Positions 36,291 to 47,778 of a stretch of 64,000 nucleotides of DNA are shown here, piece by piece. Position numbers and translations under genes: made by a program. The notes beneath the pieces were generated by a model, which saw only the letters and a list, made by a program, of their open reading frames with translations, was not told the DNA's origin and made no database searches. Every line of letters begins with the position of its first letter. The first letter of the stretch is position 1. The stretch is from Schizochytrium sp. TIO01 (lineage: Eukaryota > Protista > Bigyra: Labyrinthulomycetes): positions 1,488,001 through 1,552,000 of the forward strand of contig SMSO01000005.1 of the NCBI GenBank assembly GCA_004764695.1. Direction: 5' to 3'.

Positions 36291-38479
36291 ATGCAGGAGC
36301 TTAACGTGGCGCTGGCGAAGCTGGCGAGGCACCGCGAGCACTCCGCCTCTAGGGTAGGTTCAAGCTGCACGTCCCCGCAGATGCGGCGGCGTCCAGACGA
36401 AGATGCCAGGCTGCATCTGATGGTTTTCTATTGTCAAGCAGGTAACGAGCGACAGCAAAGCGAAAGCATTACACGACTATCGCCTCGCTCCCCAACAAGC
36501 TCTTCGGTACAGACCTGCAACAATGCCATCATTGGCCTTGGGCGGATTTGGTCTTCTTATTGCAGCAGCATCTCTTTCTTCGAAGTCTTTACGTCATTCA
36601 CCGTCTTATTTAAACGACTGAACATCGAAGAAACAAATTGAAAGAGTGAAATGGGGCCACTATAAATGCATGCTTCCCATGGCATGTTCAGGTGTAGTGC
36701 TGGATGTTTTGGCGCCTTTAGCTGGTTCGTAATGAGTTGAGGGTTGTAGATAACCTTGAAAATGGAGACTAACTGGCAATCTGCATAAATGGTAATGTGT
36801 GTCTGAATTGAATTTTGGGCTGGGCATTTGCAAATTCATAACTTGTTGAAATATAAATGCTCACGTTTGTCTAAAACGCATACACTGATTGAATGGTGAT
36901 AACGGTAAACAACACAGATAAATGCTGCAGCAGAACAAGCTCGCAAATGTTTTCGTCGCGATGCAGATGCAACGGTGAAGCGCTTAAATGATTTCTTCTG
37001 GGAGCATGGCGCTGAAGGACACCTCAAGGCTTTGTACGTGCTGAATGTGGCACTCGTGGAGGACAAGAAGAAATCGGAGAAAAAAACCCGATAGCAAAAA
37101 GGATTCCAAGAGCAGTAGTAGCGCTACCGCCAGCAAAACTTCGTACATGGCCGAAATGTTCAAGACAAGGCTCGCTCGCATGATCGAAGCCTTCCGCTCA
37201 TCCAAAGAAAACGAGAAGCGCCAGGTTTCCAAGGTTCTTGGGCGTTGGCTCAAGTACGAGCTTTTCTCTGCCGCCGAACTGAGACTATGGGCTGACCGTG
37301 CTGGGTGCACTCTCGGCGTTGATGCCAGCAAACCCGCCCCCAGTTCAAAGACACCTGAAGGGGGACGAAGTTCGCTCGGCGGTCCTGGCGGCCCTCCAAT
37401 CGAAGGAAGGTCTCAAGATCTGCCGCGTCAATTTGGAAACCTTCCTCCAGTTATGCCCCCGGGCCATCCAGGATACCATCCTGGACCAGGTGCAGTCCAA
37501 GGACAGTTTTCACAGGCTCCAGCGTCTTTTGAGGGTCGTGGAAATGGACCTGGAGCTCCTGTCCCGATCTTGCCTTACGGAGGAGGAGGAGCTCCGGCCT
37601 CTGCAGGGTTTCCTCCTGGAGGTCCGCGTGATCGTGACAGAAATTCGAGTGATCGAGGTCGAGACCTGGATAATGCACGTGGAGGTCGAGACCATCGAGA
37701 CCATCGTGGAGCCCCTCCTGGATCCGGTCGAGACCGTGATTGGGGCCGGGACCGCGATAGAGACCGTGATAGAGACCGCTATCGCGACCGTGATGATTAC
37801 TCTCGCGATCGTAACTATCGAGACAGAGACTATCGCGGCGCGGATCGTCCAGGTGGGGACCGGGACCGCTTCGACCAGCAACGCGACTATAATGGTGGAA
37901 GAAATGCTCCTCATCCGCATCAAGCCCCAGGATCTTATAATGGAAGCAGCAATGGTCGAGGATCAGGATCTACAGGAGGACCAGGAGGGCTTAATCTCGG
38001 GTCTGCACAATCGCTTCTGGCCAAGGTCAATGCCAGCAAAGCATCTTCGAGACGCCACGGCGAGGAAGTTAGTCTTGGAGGACCTCCGAGACCTCCTGCC
38101 CCCCCCGCAGAATCTCGACCTTCGATTCCACAAGCTCCACCGGGCTCAAATTCCCATGCCTCCGTCGATACCAGTGCCTCCAAGAGCCCCACAACCGCCA
38201 CCGCCACCGCCTTCATTGAATCAACCCACGCGTGGTGTCCCCAAAAGTCTTACGGGGGGAAACAATGGTAAAGGATCTCCGCGTGGCGACAGCAATGGCA
38301 ATGCTCCAGGTGCAGAACCATCTAGCTCTGCCAGTGGTGCTGGCTTTGGCGCTGCCAAGGGTGGATGGGGATCTATAACTACGTCAAACAATACTGCGAA
38401 TAACTCTGCTCCAGCAGCTCCTGCTGCAACAGGCAAGGCTGCTGGAGGTGGCGGAGGCGGCTGGGGCAAGTTCAAGTGA
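36291..38479 (+). CDS. CID (RNA Pol II CTD-interacting) domain protein with RD- and Pro/Gly-rich tail; intron 36354-36917; frame breaks at 37080-37086 and about 38142
   Basis: Splicing GTAGGT..ACACAG gives HSASR|INAAAEQARK..LKALYVLN..YMAEMFKTRL..VSKVLGRWLKYELF, a CID pattern of the SCAF4/8-Nrd1-Seb1 type. Confidence 0.7.
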
Positions 38480-38975
38480 TCAAATTCTGCTCTGGAGAGT
38501 CAGGAGCACGTAGATCCTTATATGTCTTTCTTCCTCATCTCTTCCTACATGGTAAGAAAGCAAGCAAACAAGCACGCAAGCTGATCCCTCCGAAGGGGAT
38601 TCCCATCAGTCTTTTATCCTTTTAAATGAACAAACCCTTTGTGCTGAGGCCCCGCACATTTGGTAGCGATGGGCCGAAACTATAAAAAGAAAATTGTATG
38701 CGCTAGATCTATACGAAGAGAAAAGTCTCATCGAACATCATGCTCTTCTTCCCTTCTTCCCAGATTCTCATATATTTTGATTATGAAATTCATCAAAACC
38801 AACGTAATACGTACTACAACCTCAGTTGCGCATTGCTTCAAATATGTTTAATTACTGCCCTAAAAAAGCAAACAAGAATGAAGGAGAAAAAAAAAAATTA
38901 ATATCGGTCGTATCAGTCACTTCCGCAAAATAAAATACCATACAGAGTCTAGAACTGAGATATTGCTGTGCCTCT

Positions 38976-40732
38976 TCATCTTTTGCACCGATCTTCGTCC
39001 AGATTGTTACCGGGAGACTTGTAATATTTATAACCAAGTGGCCAGCGCGAGCGACATTTGAAGGTGATATCAACGCTATCCGGGTCAGAGTGCTCCACAA
39101 GCTCAATTTGGAATAGTTGTTTCCAATCCTTACCAGTAATCCATAATGACTCGTCAATGGCGCGATAAGCAATGCCCTACGAAAAGAATTCACAACCAAA
39201 ACGATTTATTGGCATGTGGAATATTATTATGAACAGCACGCCGTTGATAAGTTATAAAAGAGACCAAAACCAAACAAAAGTAAAAAAAGTGCCTCGCCAT
39301 TCATATTGCCAAGTTAGTCTACCACCCTTACTTTTTCTTTTTTTCGATATTCTCCCCCCACCCAATCCATGTCTAATACATCGCGTGAATAAGCACTTCC
39401 TTTCTCCTCCTTCTCTTTTTCTGTCTTCGAAACGGGTTGCCCATAAGTGTATTGCTTATCTGAATCGCCCAATGTGCAGTTTGTGATTTAGATATAAAAT
39501 AACCCTGCGATTACCAGAACCCGGAACCCCTGAAACCCCTATTTATGGATCCCCACATTGCTCATTTTAGCATTTGGCTTATTTCTTAAACCCAACCTTG
39601 TATTTGTTTAATGAAAACGATTTTCGAAGATTATTTCATCATACGATTCAAAGCTTTGAGGAATACAGACGTGAAAAAGTCTGCCCCCTTCAGAATTACA
39701 TTACCCTCATTTCTTCTGCATTTCTTCTGCAGGGTTTAGAAGGTCACTTACATTTGCTACTTTGTTCAGTTTGTCCCAGCCATCGTAAATGCCATCAAGC
39801 AAGAGCCACCCCTGGACGGCTCCAGAATTAGGATCTATCATTGCGACGCACATTGTGGAGATGATATTTCCCCATATTAGATCTGAAGAGGGCGCTACTT
39901 CTTTTGAGCCACGCGAAGTCTCGCTGGAGTTTGTGCTATTGGAAGCGCCTCTGTTACTATAGTTTTCATTCGTGCTCTCATCATTGTGAGTCCCATTAGT
40001 ATAAACATGTGGAGAACTTTGTGTGAATGCCCCTCGGAGACTCGCGTACATTGCAGAAGGGTGGTCAACACGCTGCCTAGTAATTTGTTCTGGGTGCGAA
40101 ATAAATCGTGGCACAAGCTCTAGCTCGTTGATGCCGAGAACTCTTGGCAATTTATTATAGCAATCGTGCACGGCTAGGTGGTCCGTGATTCGTAGATTGC
40201 GCTCAAGTACCTCAAGGCGATGAAGCATTTCAGATCCATCTCCAGTAATTAAGGCAGACCTATCTGGGGAAACAGTGAGTCCCCAGCCTTCATAGATACC
40301 CACGTCAAACGCAAATTCATCGATCGGCTCAAGTGTGTGTCTGTCAAATACGTGCATACGTTTGTTCTTCCATGTCAGCGAATATAGTTTTCCCGCAAAG
40401 AACTCGATACCTTCTCCAAAATGCCGGTCAGGCAGCATAACTTCTTTCTCTACATGAATTTCATCATCATGTATTGTGTACAATATGATCTTTGATCCAC
40501 CGCGCAGACCCGTGCTTTCCACAAGTTTGCCATCCCACTCCCTGAAGGCAAGACCTTCTGTAAATGCTGTTTCAGAGTGAGCAAGAGTTCGAACAACACG
40601 ATACGTAAATATTTTGGGCTTTGCGCTTAAGTTACTCTCTGCTGTCACAGGCACAGGCCCTACAAACAAATTTATTGCCAAAGTAGCTGCGAAGAGGAAA
40701 CTCGTGGAGCTTCGCCAGAATCGCCGGGCCAT
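38976..40732 (-). CDS. QCT: Glutaminyl-peptide cyclotransferase (plant/bacterial beta-propeller type), secreted; intron 39177-39751
   Basis: AFTEGL, ESTGLRG, FGEGI, LTWK, EGWGLT and NELE; spliced junction KVAN|GIAY..LWITGKDW; GTAAGT donor and TTTTCGTAG acceptor. Confidence 0.9.
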
Positions 40733-41147
40733 GATGGGGTCAGGGCAAAGGCAGTTGCTCCGCGGCTGTACTCCAGATCTTGAGACCCTCAATCAGCTTT
40801 CGTTTTCCTTGTTTACAAAACCTTTGTTGTCAGTACTATCGGCTTTCCCAGTGTCGGCATTCTTGCTGTTGTCGGTATTGTCGTCGAGGTTGATTAATGA
40901 AGAGACCATAGGGGGGGATATTGGTACCTAACACCATCTTTTCGTTATTAACGCTAATTTCTCACAAAAATGATTTATTTATTTTTAATTAAAGTAAATA
41001 AAATGAAAACTGCTGGTAGGTTCTACCTACTTTTATCATTTGGAGAGACAAATGAACGAGGAGCCAAAACTCATCTGCCGTGGTTTGGTTCGGTCAAATC
41101 GCAAACTGGAGCGAGCTGAGGCTTGTTTCGGATCTAGTGAGTCTGCG

Positions 41148-42407
41148 ATGGACTACGAGGCTCGGAGGTTGGCGAACATCAGACGCAATGAAGAGGCACT
41201 GAAAGCTCTCGATCTCATACCTGGGAACGATGTTGGTAAACCAGTTGCAGAAAAGCCTCCCAAAGGCCATAAAAGAGCTCGCGAAGAAGGTCACAACGTG
41301 AACGAAATTGCCGAAGACGTTGCGGGCGATGTAAGGTCACAGTCTGTATCGAGGATGCGACAAACCCTTTCATCAACGTCAATGGTATTGAGAAGACGGA
41401 GTCCCAGGTTTCTGGCTCCAGAAGATCAAGAACTGTACAAAAAAATCGAAGACGAGGATGACGAGGATTTGGGAGGACCCAAGAAGAGACGCGGTCCTGA
41501 TCGAAGAGTGGACGTATTGGGAGACCATATTGTTTCTAAGAAGAGGGAATCTGCTAAGACAAAAAGGAATCATGGCGCATTGAGGCAGGGGAAACCCAAG
41601 AAACCGCTTCAGGATGGGCGCAATTCGCTTCGTGAGAACGTGACAAGCGCAGTTAATGAACTAAGTTTTGCACCCTTTGTGCGGAGTAAAGTAGACTTGG
41701 AGAGAAACCCAGATTACAATCCTTCCACCCGAGAACTTCATGCGATTGATGTGGCTATGAGTCCATTAGAAGGATCATCATGCCCAGAGGTTGATGCCCG
41801 CATTGGCCTCCTTGAAGATGACTGGCTTGGGAAACTTGTGCTCCCCAAAGATGGTCGCTCGCCACCTAAACAGACTATCATGCACGCTCTAGGTGCGAAA
41901 AGGCCTCGTTTTAGCAAGTATGCATCGGTGCAAAACTTTCGAAACTGCTTATTGCTCTTTATTAATGCTGGTCCTGTCCGTGACCACCATTATGCAAATG
42001 TTTTTAGAAGGGGGGCAGGCGCGGAGCTTGAACTGTTTTTTAGTTGGTTTAGTCAAGAGCGGCAGAGTATGGAGACGCCTATTATTCAGAAGCTTGCTGG
42101 TGGAGATTTACCAGTGTTTCTATTTGCGCGATTGCCAGCACGGCACTACGTTTGCTTGGGCAAGGTTTCTGTGGCTCAAGTAATTCCGCATCAACGACTA
42201 GGGGTACAATTTTGGTGGCGTCTTGAGCATGCGAAAGGGGTTTTGGAAAGCTCAGGTTTTAAGGAGATCGTGCAAGCCATGGACATTGATATTGACAGTC
42301 TAATTGCACCTGGACCTATTAAAGCAGAACCATTAGAGGCACCTAAGCCTCCTGTAGATGGAAGTGTTGAAAATTCGTTGTGCAAGATAGTGAAGTCTGA
42401 GTGTTGA
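41148..42407 (+). CDS. Uncharacterised nuclear-type protein with a C-terminal DUF3427/SRA(PUA)-like domain
   Basis: N-terminal YEARRLANIRRNEEALKAL helix, basic NLS-like clusters, and C-terminal LLLFINA..YANVF..FFSWFSQ..PVFLFAR..YVCLG. Confidence 0.55.
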   Translation: MDYEARRLANIRRNEEALKALDLIPGNDVGKPVAEKPPKGHKRAREEGHNVNEIAEDVAGDVRSQSVSRMRQTLSSTSMVLRRRSPRFLAPEDQELYKKIEDEDDEDLGGPKKRRGPDRRVDVLGDHIVSKKRESAKTKRNHGALRQGKPKKPLQDGRNSLRENVTSAVNELSFAPFVRSKVDLERNPDYNPSTRELHAIDVAMSPLEGSSCPEVDARIGLLEDDWLGKLVLPKDGRSPPKQTIMHALGAKRPRFSKYASVQNFRNCLLLFINAGPVRDHHYANVFRRGAGAELELFFSWFSQERQSMETPIIQKLAGGDLPVFLFARLPARHYVCLGKVSVAQVIPHQRLGVQFWWRLEHAKGVLESSGFKEIVQAMDIDIDSLIAPGPIKAEPLEAPKPPVDGSVENSLCKIVKSEC

Positions 42408-44186
42408 TTTTGTTTGGTTAATTTTTAGCATTTAGGCTTTTCGTAAAGTATTAAATTCAGAAGGTGAAATTATTGTTTTTCTGAATACGGTTCTCTTCAT
42501 GATGTTGTTGTCTTGAAGCGCTGGCTGTCTTTGCGTACCATTCTATTCAAGCCACAAGATATTTCGAAAAGCCCAAACAACACAAACCCTGCCCCCCTCG
42601 TAACAAGTATTTTCTCTAACGAGTGTAACAGTTTTTCACAGTCGTCCATGCTATGCAGCCTATTCAATATTTGATTAAGATTGCATTGTTTTCTTCAAGA
42701 TCATCTAGGCGACGACCCAATTATGTCCTTCGCAATCATGCCAATTACAACATAAAGCCCTTTCTACATGCTTCTTTGCAAACACGTGCTATACCTCATT
42801 AGTAGTACTTGTTAAGATACCACTCATGCGGGTATTCTCTATGACTTATTAGTTTACTACATCTTAGAGATACACGAGACTCTGTGACCCCATAGTACTC
42901 ATCTATTGTAAACAATAAGAGTAATCTCTGCAGGCAGTTTTCGGTATGTTCTGCTAAAACCAACACTATACCTACCGGTCCTAGAGATATCGTATGCATC
43001 AGCATAACAATCTGTAGGTTCTATTGGTTCTACTTGTTCTTTTTGTTCTACATGAACTAAAACATTTGAGAGCACAATGTAATTAAAGACAAGTCAGGGT
43101 AAACAAGGGCGATTCCTGAGGATAAACAACGAATTCCTTACTTTGCAATCCGCAAAGACGATGAATTTTTCACTATCCAGAAATAAGACACAACGTTGAG
43201 GCAATGGCAGGTAATAGGAGGTATTGGAAAGTGGGTAGTATGAAAAGGTAATCTTTGAGGTGGCATTTTCGTTCTCCATGTGCATATGAAGATTCTGATC
43301 TTGGAGACCTCGCTCTATGACTTCGACTTCTTGATCCTTCAGCAGTAATCATAAGAAAAACTCCGAGTGTTTAACACCAAAACATCGACGTTTACCTCGA
43401 CATTTCAAGAAGCGAGTGCATCTCGCACAGATTCTTGCAGGCATAAATAGCATTCCTTCGTCACCGATTGCCTCTGCGAAATGAACAAATGCCGTGATCA
43501 CGACTCGTTCGCGCAGATCATCCCTCCGAGCTCTTGTTGATCGTTTAATTGGCACGTCAGGAATCTTCAATCCATTTCATGATCTTTGCATTCACTGCCT
43601 CATATCTATCTCCCTAATACGACAGTGTGCTACTAGTAGTGCCTACCAAGCCTTTAGGTAGGTAGGCATAGGTAGGTAGGTAGGTACTACTGCCTAGTAG
43701 TCTTTTACTTATTTATTTAGGCCTTTTCATTTATCAATCATACCTCGTCATCATGACGCAATGGCCCACTGTATCTTCTCAGAATAACCTACTTAAAGAT
43801 TCTATACTGTATTGATATTTGCTTGGTATACACAAGAGAATAAAGGAACTTACAATAGACTTTAAGCGAAGAGCGACTGCCGCAGCGACGTCAACAAACA
43901 AAAGGAAGCAAACCAAACTCTTGTTTGCTCAACGCGGACACGTTCGTAGGTAGGTTACATGGTCGGCTTGCGCGGCGCTCTTGCGATGAGCTCTTCACCC
44001 TGTAGACTCCCCACCGGCACCGGGTCCACCGTTCCTCCCTGTTGCGACGACGTGGCGCTGCTCTGGATAGATTTTGCGGCAAGGATAATATGGATTTATG
44101 AATTGATGACTAACTTTTCGATGCACATAAGCGCGCTTCGCGACGTTTGAGGGCTCATAGACAGGAAGGAAACCCGTACAGATATC

Positions 44187-44588
44187 ATGGGCCGTGTTCG
44201 TTCTCTCGTGGTAGGCTCCCTCGTGGGCGGAAGCGCATACCTGGCGATGGATGCCTACGTTATGTCGCACTTGAGCCAGATGGATGTGGGTCTGAGGAGT
44301 CTCCGCCACGACCTCAACCCCGATGGAGCTCCCCCTGCGCGTCCGGTTCGCCCCAACGGTGAGGACTCACTTTTTAGCTCCTACGTTGATCAGGCCGCCG
44401 CCAAGTTCCGCCGTGAGTGGAACTCAGCTTTGAGGAGCGGCTACGACAAGTTTGTGGAGACCCTTCGCAACCCATACCTCCACACTGCCGCAACTACGCC
44501 CGCAGTGCCTCAGGAGGGCGTCAACGAGATGGCCAAGCCCACCCTCGGAAACCCCGCAGAGGCTGTCGCTCCTGTGCCCCAGGCCTAA
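44187..44588 (+). CDS. Small membrane protein, possibly MICOS subunit Mic12/Mic13-like
   Basis: N-terminal Gly-rich TM segment (VVGSLVGGSAY) and C-terminal KFRREWNSALR (WN motif); GC-rich third positions as in a well-expressed gene. Confidence 0.45.
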   Translation: MGRVRSLVVGSLVGGSAYLAMDAYVMSHLSQMDVGLRSLRHDLNPDGAPPARPVRPNGEDSLFSSYVDQAAAKFRREWNSALRSGYDKFVETLRNPYLHTAATTPAVPQEGVNEMAKPTLGNPAEAVAPVPQA

Positions 44589-46052
44589 GCATCTCCAAAA
44601 AGTCGCGTGGATCTCGGCGATACTTACTTTGCGATTCTGGTGAAAATCAATATCTTTCTTTGACGTCTTTTCCTTTTGAAGCCTTCCTTTGAAGAGACCA
44701 AGATGTCAAAATTATCCTTTCTCAATGTGGGTCTGACTTTGAGGAGTTTGGGCTAGGAGAAGATTGGATATATCATCTTGATTTATCTTGATGGACCATT
44801 GGTTTCGGGGGGGAAAAATTGAAAAGGATACTCTCTTTGACGATCTGCACGAGTTTTTGTTCTCGGGTGAGACCGACTGTGAGATTTAAAGCTGGATTGT
44901 GGCGAGTTTGAGATGAGGTAAAACACGGCGATGGAGGCCATCCTAAGGCTGGTAATGTTTAGTTTTACATAAGGCTGGCGAGCAAGAGTCGCAGACGGGG
45001 TAATGGTCAAAAGATACAAAGTCTGTCTGGGACTTGAGCGACTGAATACGAAGAACGCGGAAGTGACATTGATGGGAACGTCAACAACACTGACGACGAT
45101 AACAATAACAATAGCAACAACTATAACGACTACGAATGTGGAAAGCGGGGCATCGCGTTGATCTTGCTCGTGATACTCGTAACAACTCCAACAACAACAC
45201 CATAACAAAATTTTAATTTGCCTGCTTTCTGCGGCTTTTGCCTTTCCAATGTTGAGGATTCTACCTTCCCTCTCCTCCTTGACATTGACTCCTCCCGAGT
45301 TCATTTGATTATGAAATTTTACCCTCCCCTCTTGACAAACAAAGAAAACTATAAATTCGGGGTATGCGCGAAAATGTGCATTTAGGCCAACAACATATAT
45401 TTACTGTGTGAAAACTTGAATGTATGGAAATTGGAATTTCTCTTTGAGTCGTGCCAATGACTTCATTTGAATAAAAAATGATATTACTTCAAGAATAGCT
45501 TCTAAGATCAAGTACATTAAAAATAAGGAGGTTTGATTGATCGAACCTAAAGTCATCATTTCATTTGATGAATTGAGCTGTCTATTATTTCCTTCCAAAG
45601 AGCGACGTCTTAATCAGCGTATGTTCATGGTTTGTTCGACACCAGTTTCGAACTCTAAGACAACGTTCTATTTGTTGTTAAATCCAATAATTTTCTCCAG
45701 TACTGCAAAAGATCATACCAGCAGAAGTTTCACTTCTCGTCAATTTTCATGACTCGTAAGATCAAACGATAGTTCCTCTACCGAATCATTTCTCATTATC
45801 CAAATCAGATCGTACCTTCATTCCCGATGTGCCATCTGTCGTTTCGTATAACTTTATTAAAAGCTGCATCCAATTCGTCTCCTCACCATCTCATATGTCT
45901 ATGATTTTAAAAAAAGATGAAAAAATTCTGATTGTTTTCAAGGTGGAAAAAGAAGCGTCCTAGGATATATAGTTTTTATAATTAATTAAAAATGCAAAGT
46001 GATTGGTCTGACGCAGTTGAGTCCTCCAAAACCGACCCAAGGTCTCACAACG

Positions 46053-47543
46053 ATGGACCTCTTTGCAGACAGTGATGATGAGGGTGGCGTCGCGACGCTC
46101 GCCCAGACATCTACAAACTTAAGCTCTTCGACGCCCAACATCGCCCCGGTGAAACGCTCTGCCCAAGATGATGTCGCTGTAGAAGGCGAGGGTGACAGCG
46201 AAGGCAGCGTGAAAAAGGCACGTGTAGACTCTGACAATGAAAAATCACCTGCAACTAAGGCTAAACTCAAAGCAGCAGGAAATGCAGTTCTTACTCGGTG
46301 CAAAATTTTCATAAAACAGCTTGCTGGAGAAACTGCAATCGAGCTCCGGAGCGAGGTTAAACGCGAAGATCTGGCCCAGAAACTGGAAGACGCTCGAGAT
46401 GCGCTGCTTAAAGGAGACATTGACGAATGTCTTGAGAAGGCAGACCAAGTACAACAAGCCTCGTGGAATGCAATGGTTTCAGATAGATCTGTAGCTCACA
46501 GATGTTGGAAAGAGGCGTACGTCTTAGCACGTACTATGATGTCAGCTGCTTATTTAGTTAATGGTGATGAAAAGCGTTCAGTAGAAAATGCGGACCTGGC
46601 CTTCATCCTTGGTGCACCAAAGCAAGAAGTCAACCTTATTTTTCGACTCGTCGCCCCGCTGGCTCCAGAGGTGGATACAACGGAAGTTAAGGGTATCATG
46701 CTGCCGAACCGGACAGCTGTTGAAGCGATGGGCTTTGACATCAAGGAACTTTGTGAGCGACTATCTCCCGGAGCAAAGATCGAACCACTCCAAGGCGATG
46801 CCGAGATTCTTGAAAACCCAAGTCTTGAGACACTTTCAAAAGCATGTCTTCCTGGTGACAACGGCCGGGGAGTCCATATTAAAGGTATGGTTGATAGCTG
46901 GCCTGCACTCGAGGAGTGGTGTAAGCTCGAGTTCTTCATGGCTAAATACGGAAACCGTCAAGTACCTGTAGAGTTTGGCTCGCGTCTGGAGACAATGAAA
47001 GAAAAGGTAGTTTCCATGTCTGAATTTCTCACAAAGTCTATCGCTCCACGTTGTAAGCCTGATGCCGGAGAGTGCGAAAATGTGGCGTATCTCGCTCAGC
47101 ACAAGCTCTTGGAGCAATTCCCTGATCTCCTCCGCATGGCACCCATGCCAAACTTTTGCACGTACCAGGGTGCCGATTGTGAAGCCTCTTCTGTCTGGTT
47201 TGGTACCGACCAGACCGTGACCCTCCTGCACTATGATTCGTACGATAACTTTCTCATCCAAGTAACTGGAGCAAAGTACGTGGTTCTTTTCAATGGAGAT
47301 CAATTTGAAGAAATCTACGTAACGAAGGGCGGGAAAGGTGGCGATGCCTTCCTCTCGCAAGGCAACACAAGTGCTGTAGATGTTGGTAATCCGGACCTTG
47401 AGAAGTTTCCCAAGTATGCTAACGCCGTAGGCAAGTGCGTTTTACTTATGCCTGGTGATAGCTTATACATTCCGCAAGGAATGTGGCATTACGTTCGCTC
47501 TCTTACACCCTCCCTCAGTGTCAACTTCTGGTTCTCAAGATAA
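46053..47543 (+). CDS. KDM8: JmjC (cupin_8) protein, JMJD5/KDM8-like
   Basis: WPALEEW, RQVPVEFG, YLAQHKLLEQFPDL, WFGTDQTVTLLHYDSYDN and PGDSLYIPQGMWHYVRSLTPSLSVNFW. Confidence 0.85.
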   Translation: MDLFADSDDEGGVATLAQTSTNLSSSTPNIAPVKRSAQDDVAVEGEGDSEGSVKKARVDSDNEKSPATKAKLKAAGNAVLTRCKIFIKQLAGETAIELRSEVKREDLAQKLEDARDALLKGDIDECLEKADQVQQASWNAMVSDRSVAHRCWKEAYVLARTMMSAAYLVNGDEKRSVENADLAFILGAPKQEVNLIFRLVAPLAPEVDTTEVKGIMLPNRTAVEAMGFDIKELCERLSPGAKIEPLQGDAEILENPSLETLSKACLPGDNGRGVHIKGMVDSWPALEEWCKLEFFMAKYGNRQVPVEFGSRLETMKEKVVSMSEFLTKSIAPRCKPDAGECENVAYLAQHKLLEQFPDLLRMAPMPNFCTYQGADCEASSVWFGTDQTVTLLHYDSYDNFLIQVTGAKYVVLFNGDQFEEIYVTKGGKGGDAFLSQGNTSAVDVGNPDLEKFPKYANAVGKCVLLMPGDSLYIPQGMWHYVRSLTPSLSVNFWFSR

Positions 47544-47778
47544 AAATGGAGCCCGCCCCTCTCCACATACATGCGGGATATACATAAGAGAGGGAAACGG
47601 AAGCTAGGAAATTGTTTTTTGAAATCAGTTTTTGCTTACTGTTTGCTTCTGCAGTTCTCCCATGTCTGAAACGCACAATGCTAGATTAGTTTAATGTTTA
47701 ATTTATAAGGGAACCAAATTACCAGCATCAGTCTCCGAGAGATGCATCCTTGTACTTTCGCTTTCGTATGCTATAAGG

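Noticed and set aside
22332-37095. Euplotes-type programmed +1 frameshifting as a genome-wide system
   Set aside because: No AAA-TAR signature at the stops, and two of the breaks are -1.
37298-38140. 393-codon overlapping +1 ORF as a dual-coding gene
   Set aside because: It is a shadow of the GC-rich RD/Gly repeats. Only its last part (after about 38142) looks like the true C-terminus, reached through a frame break.
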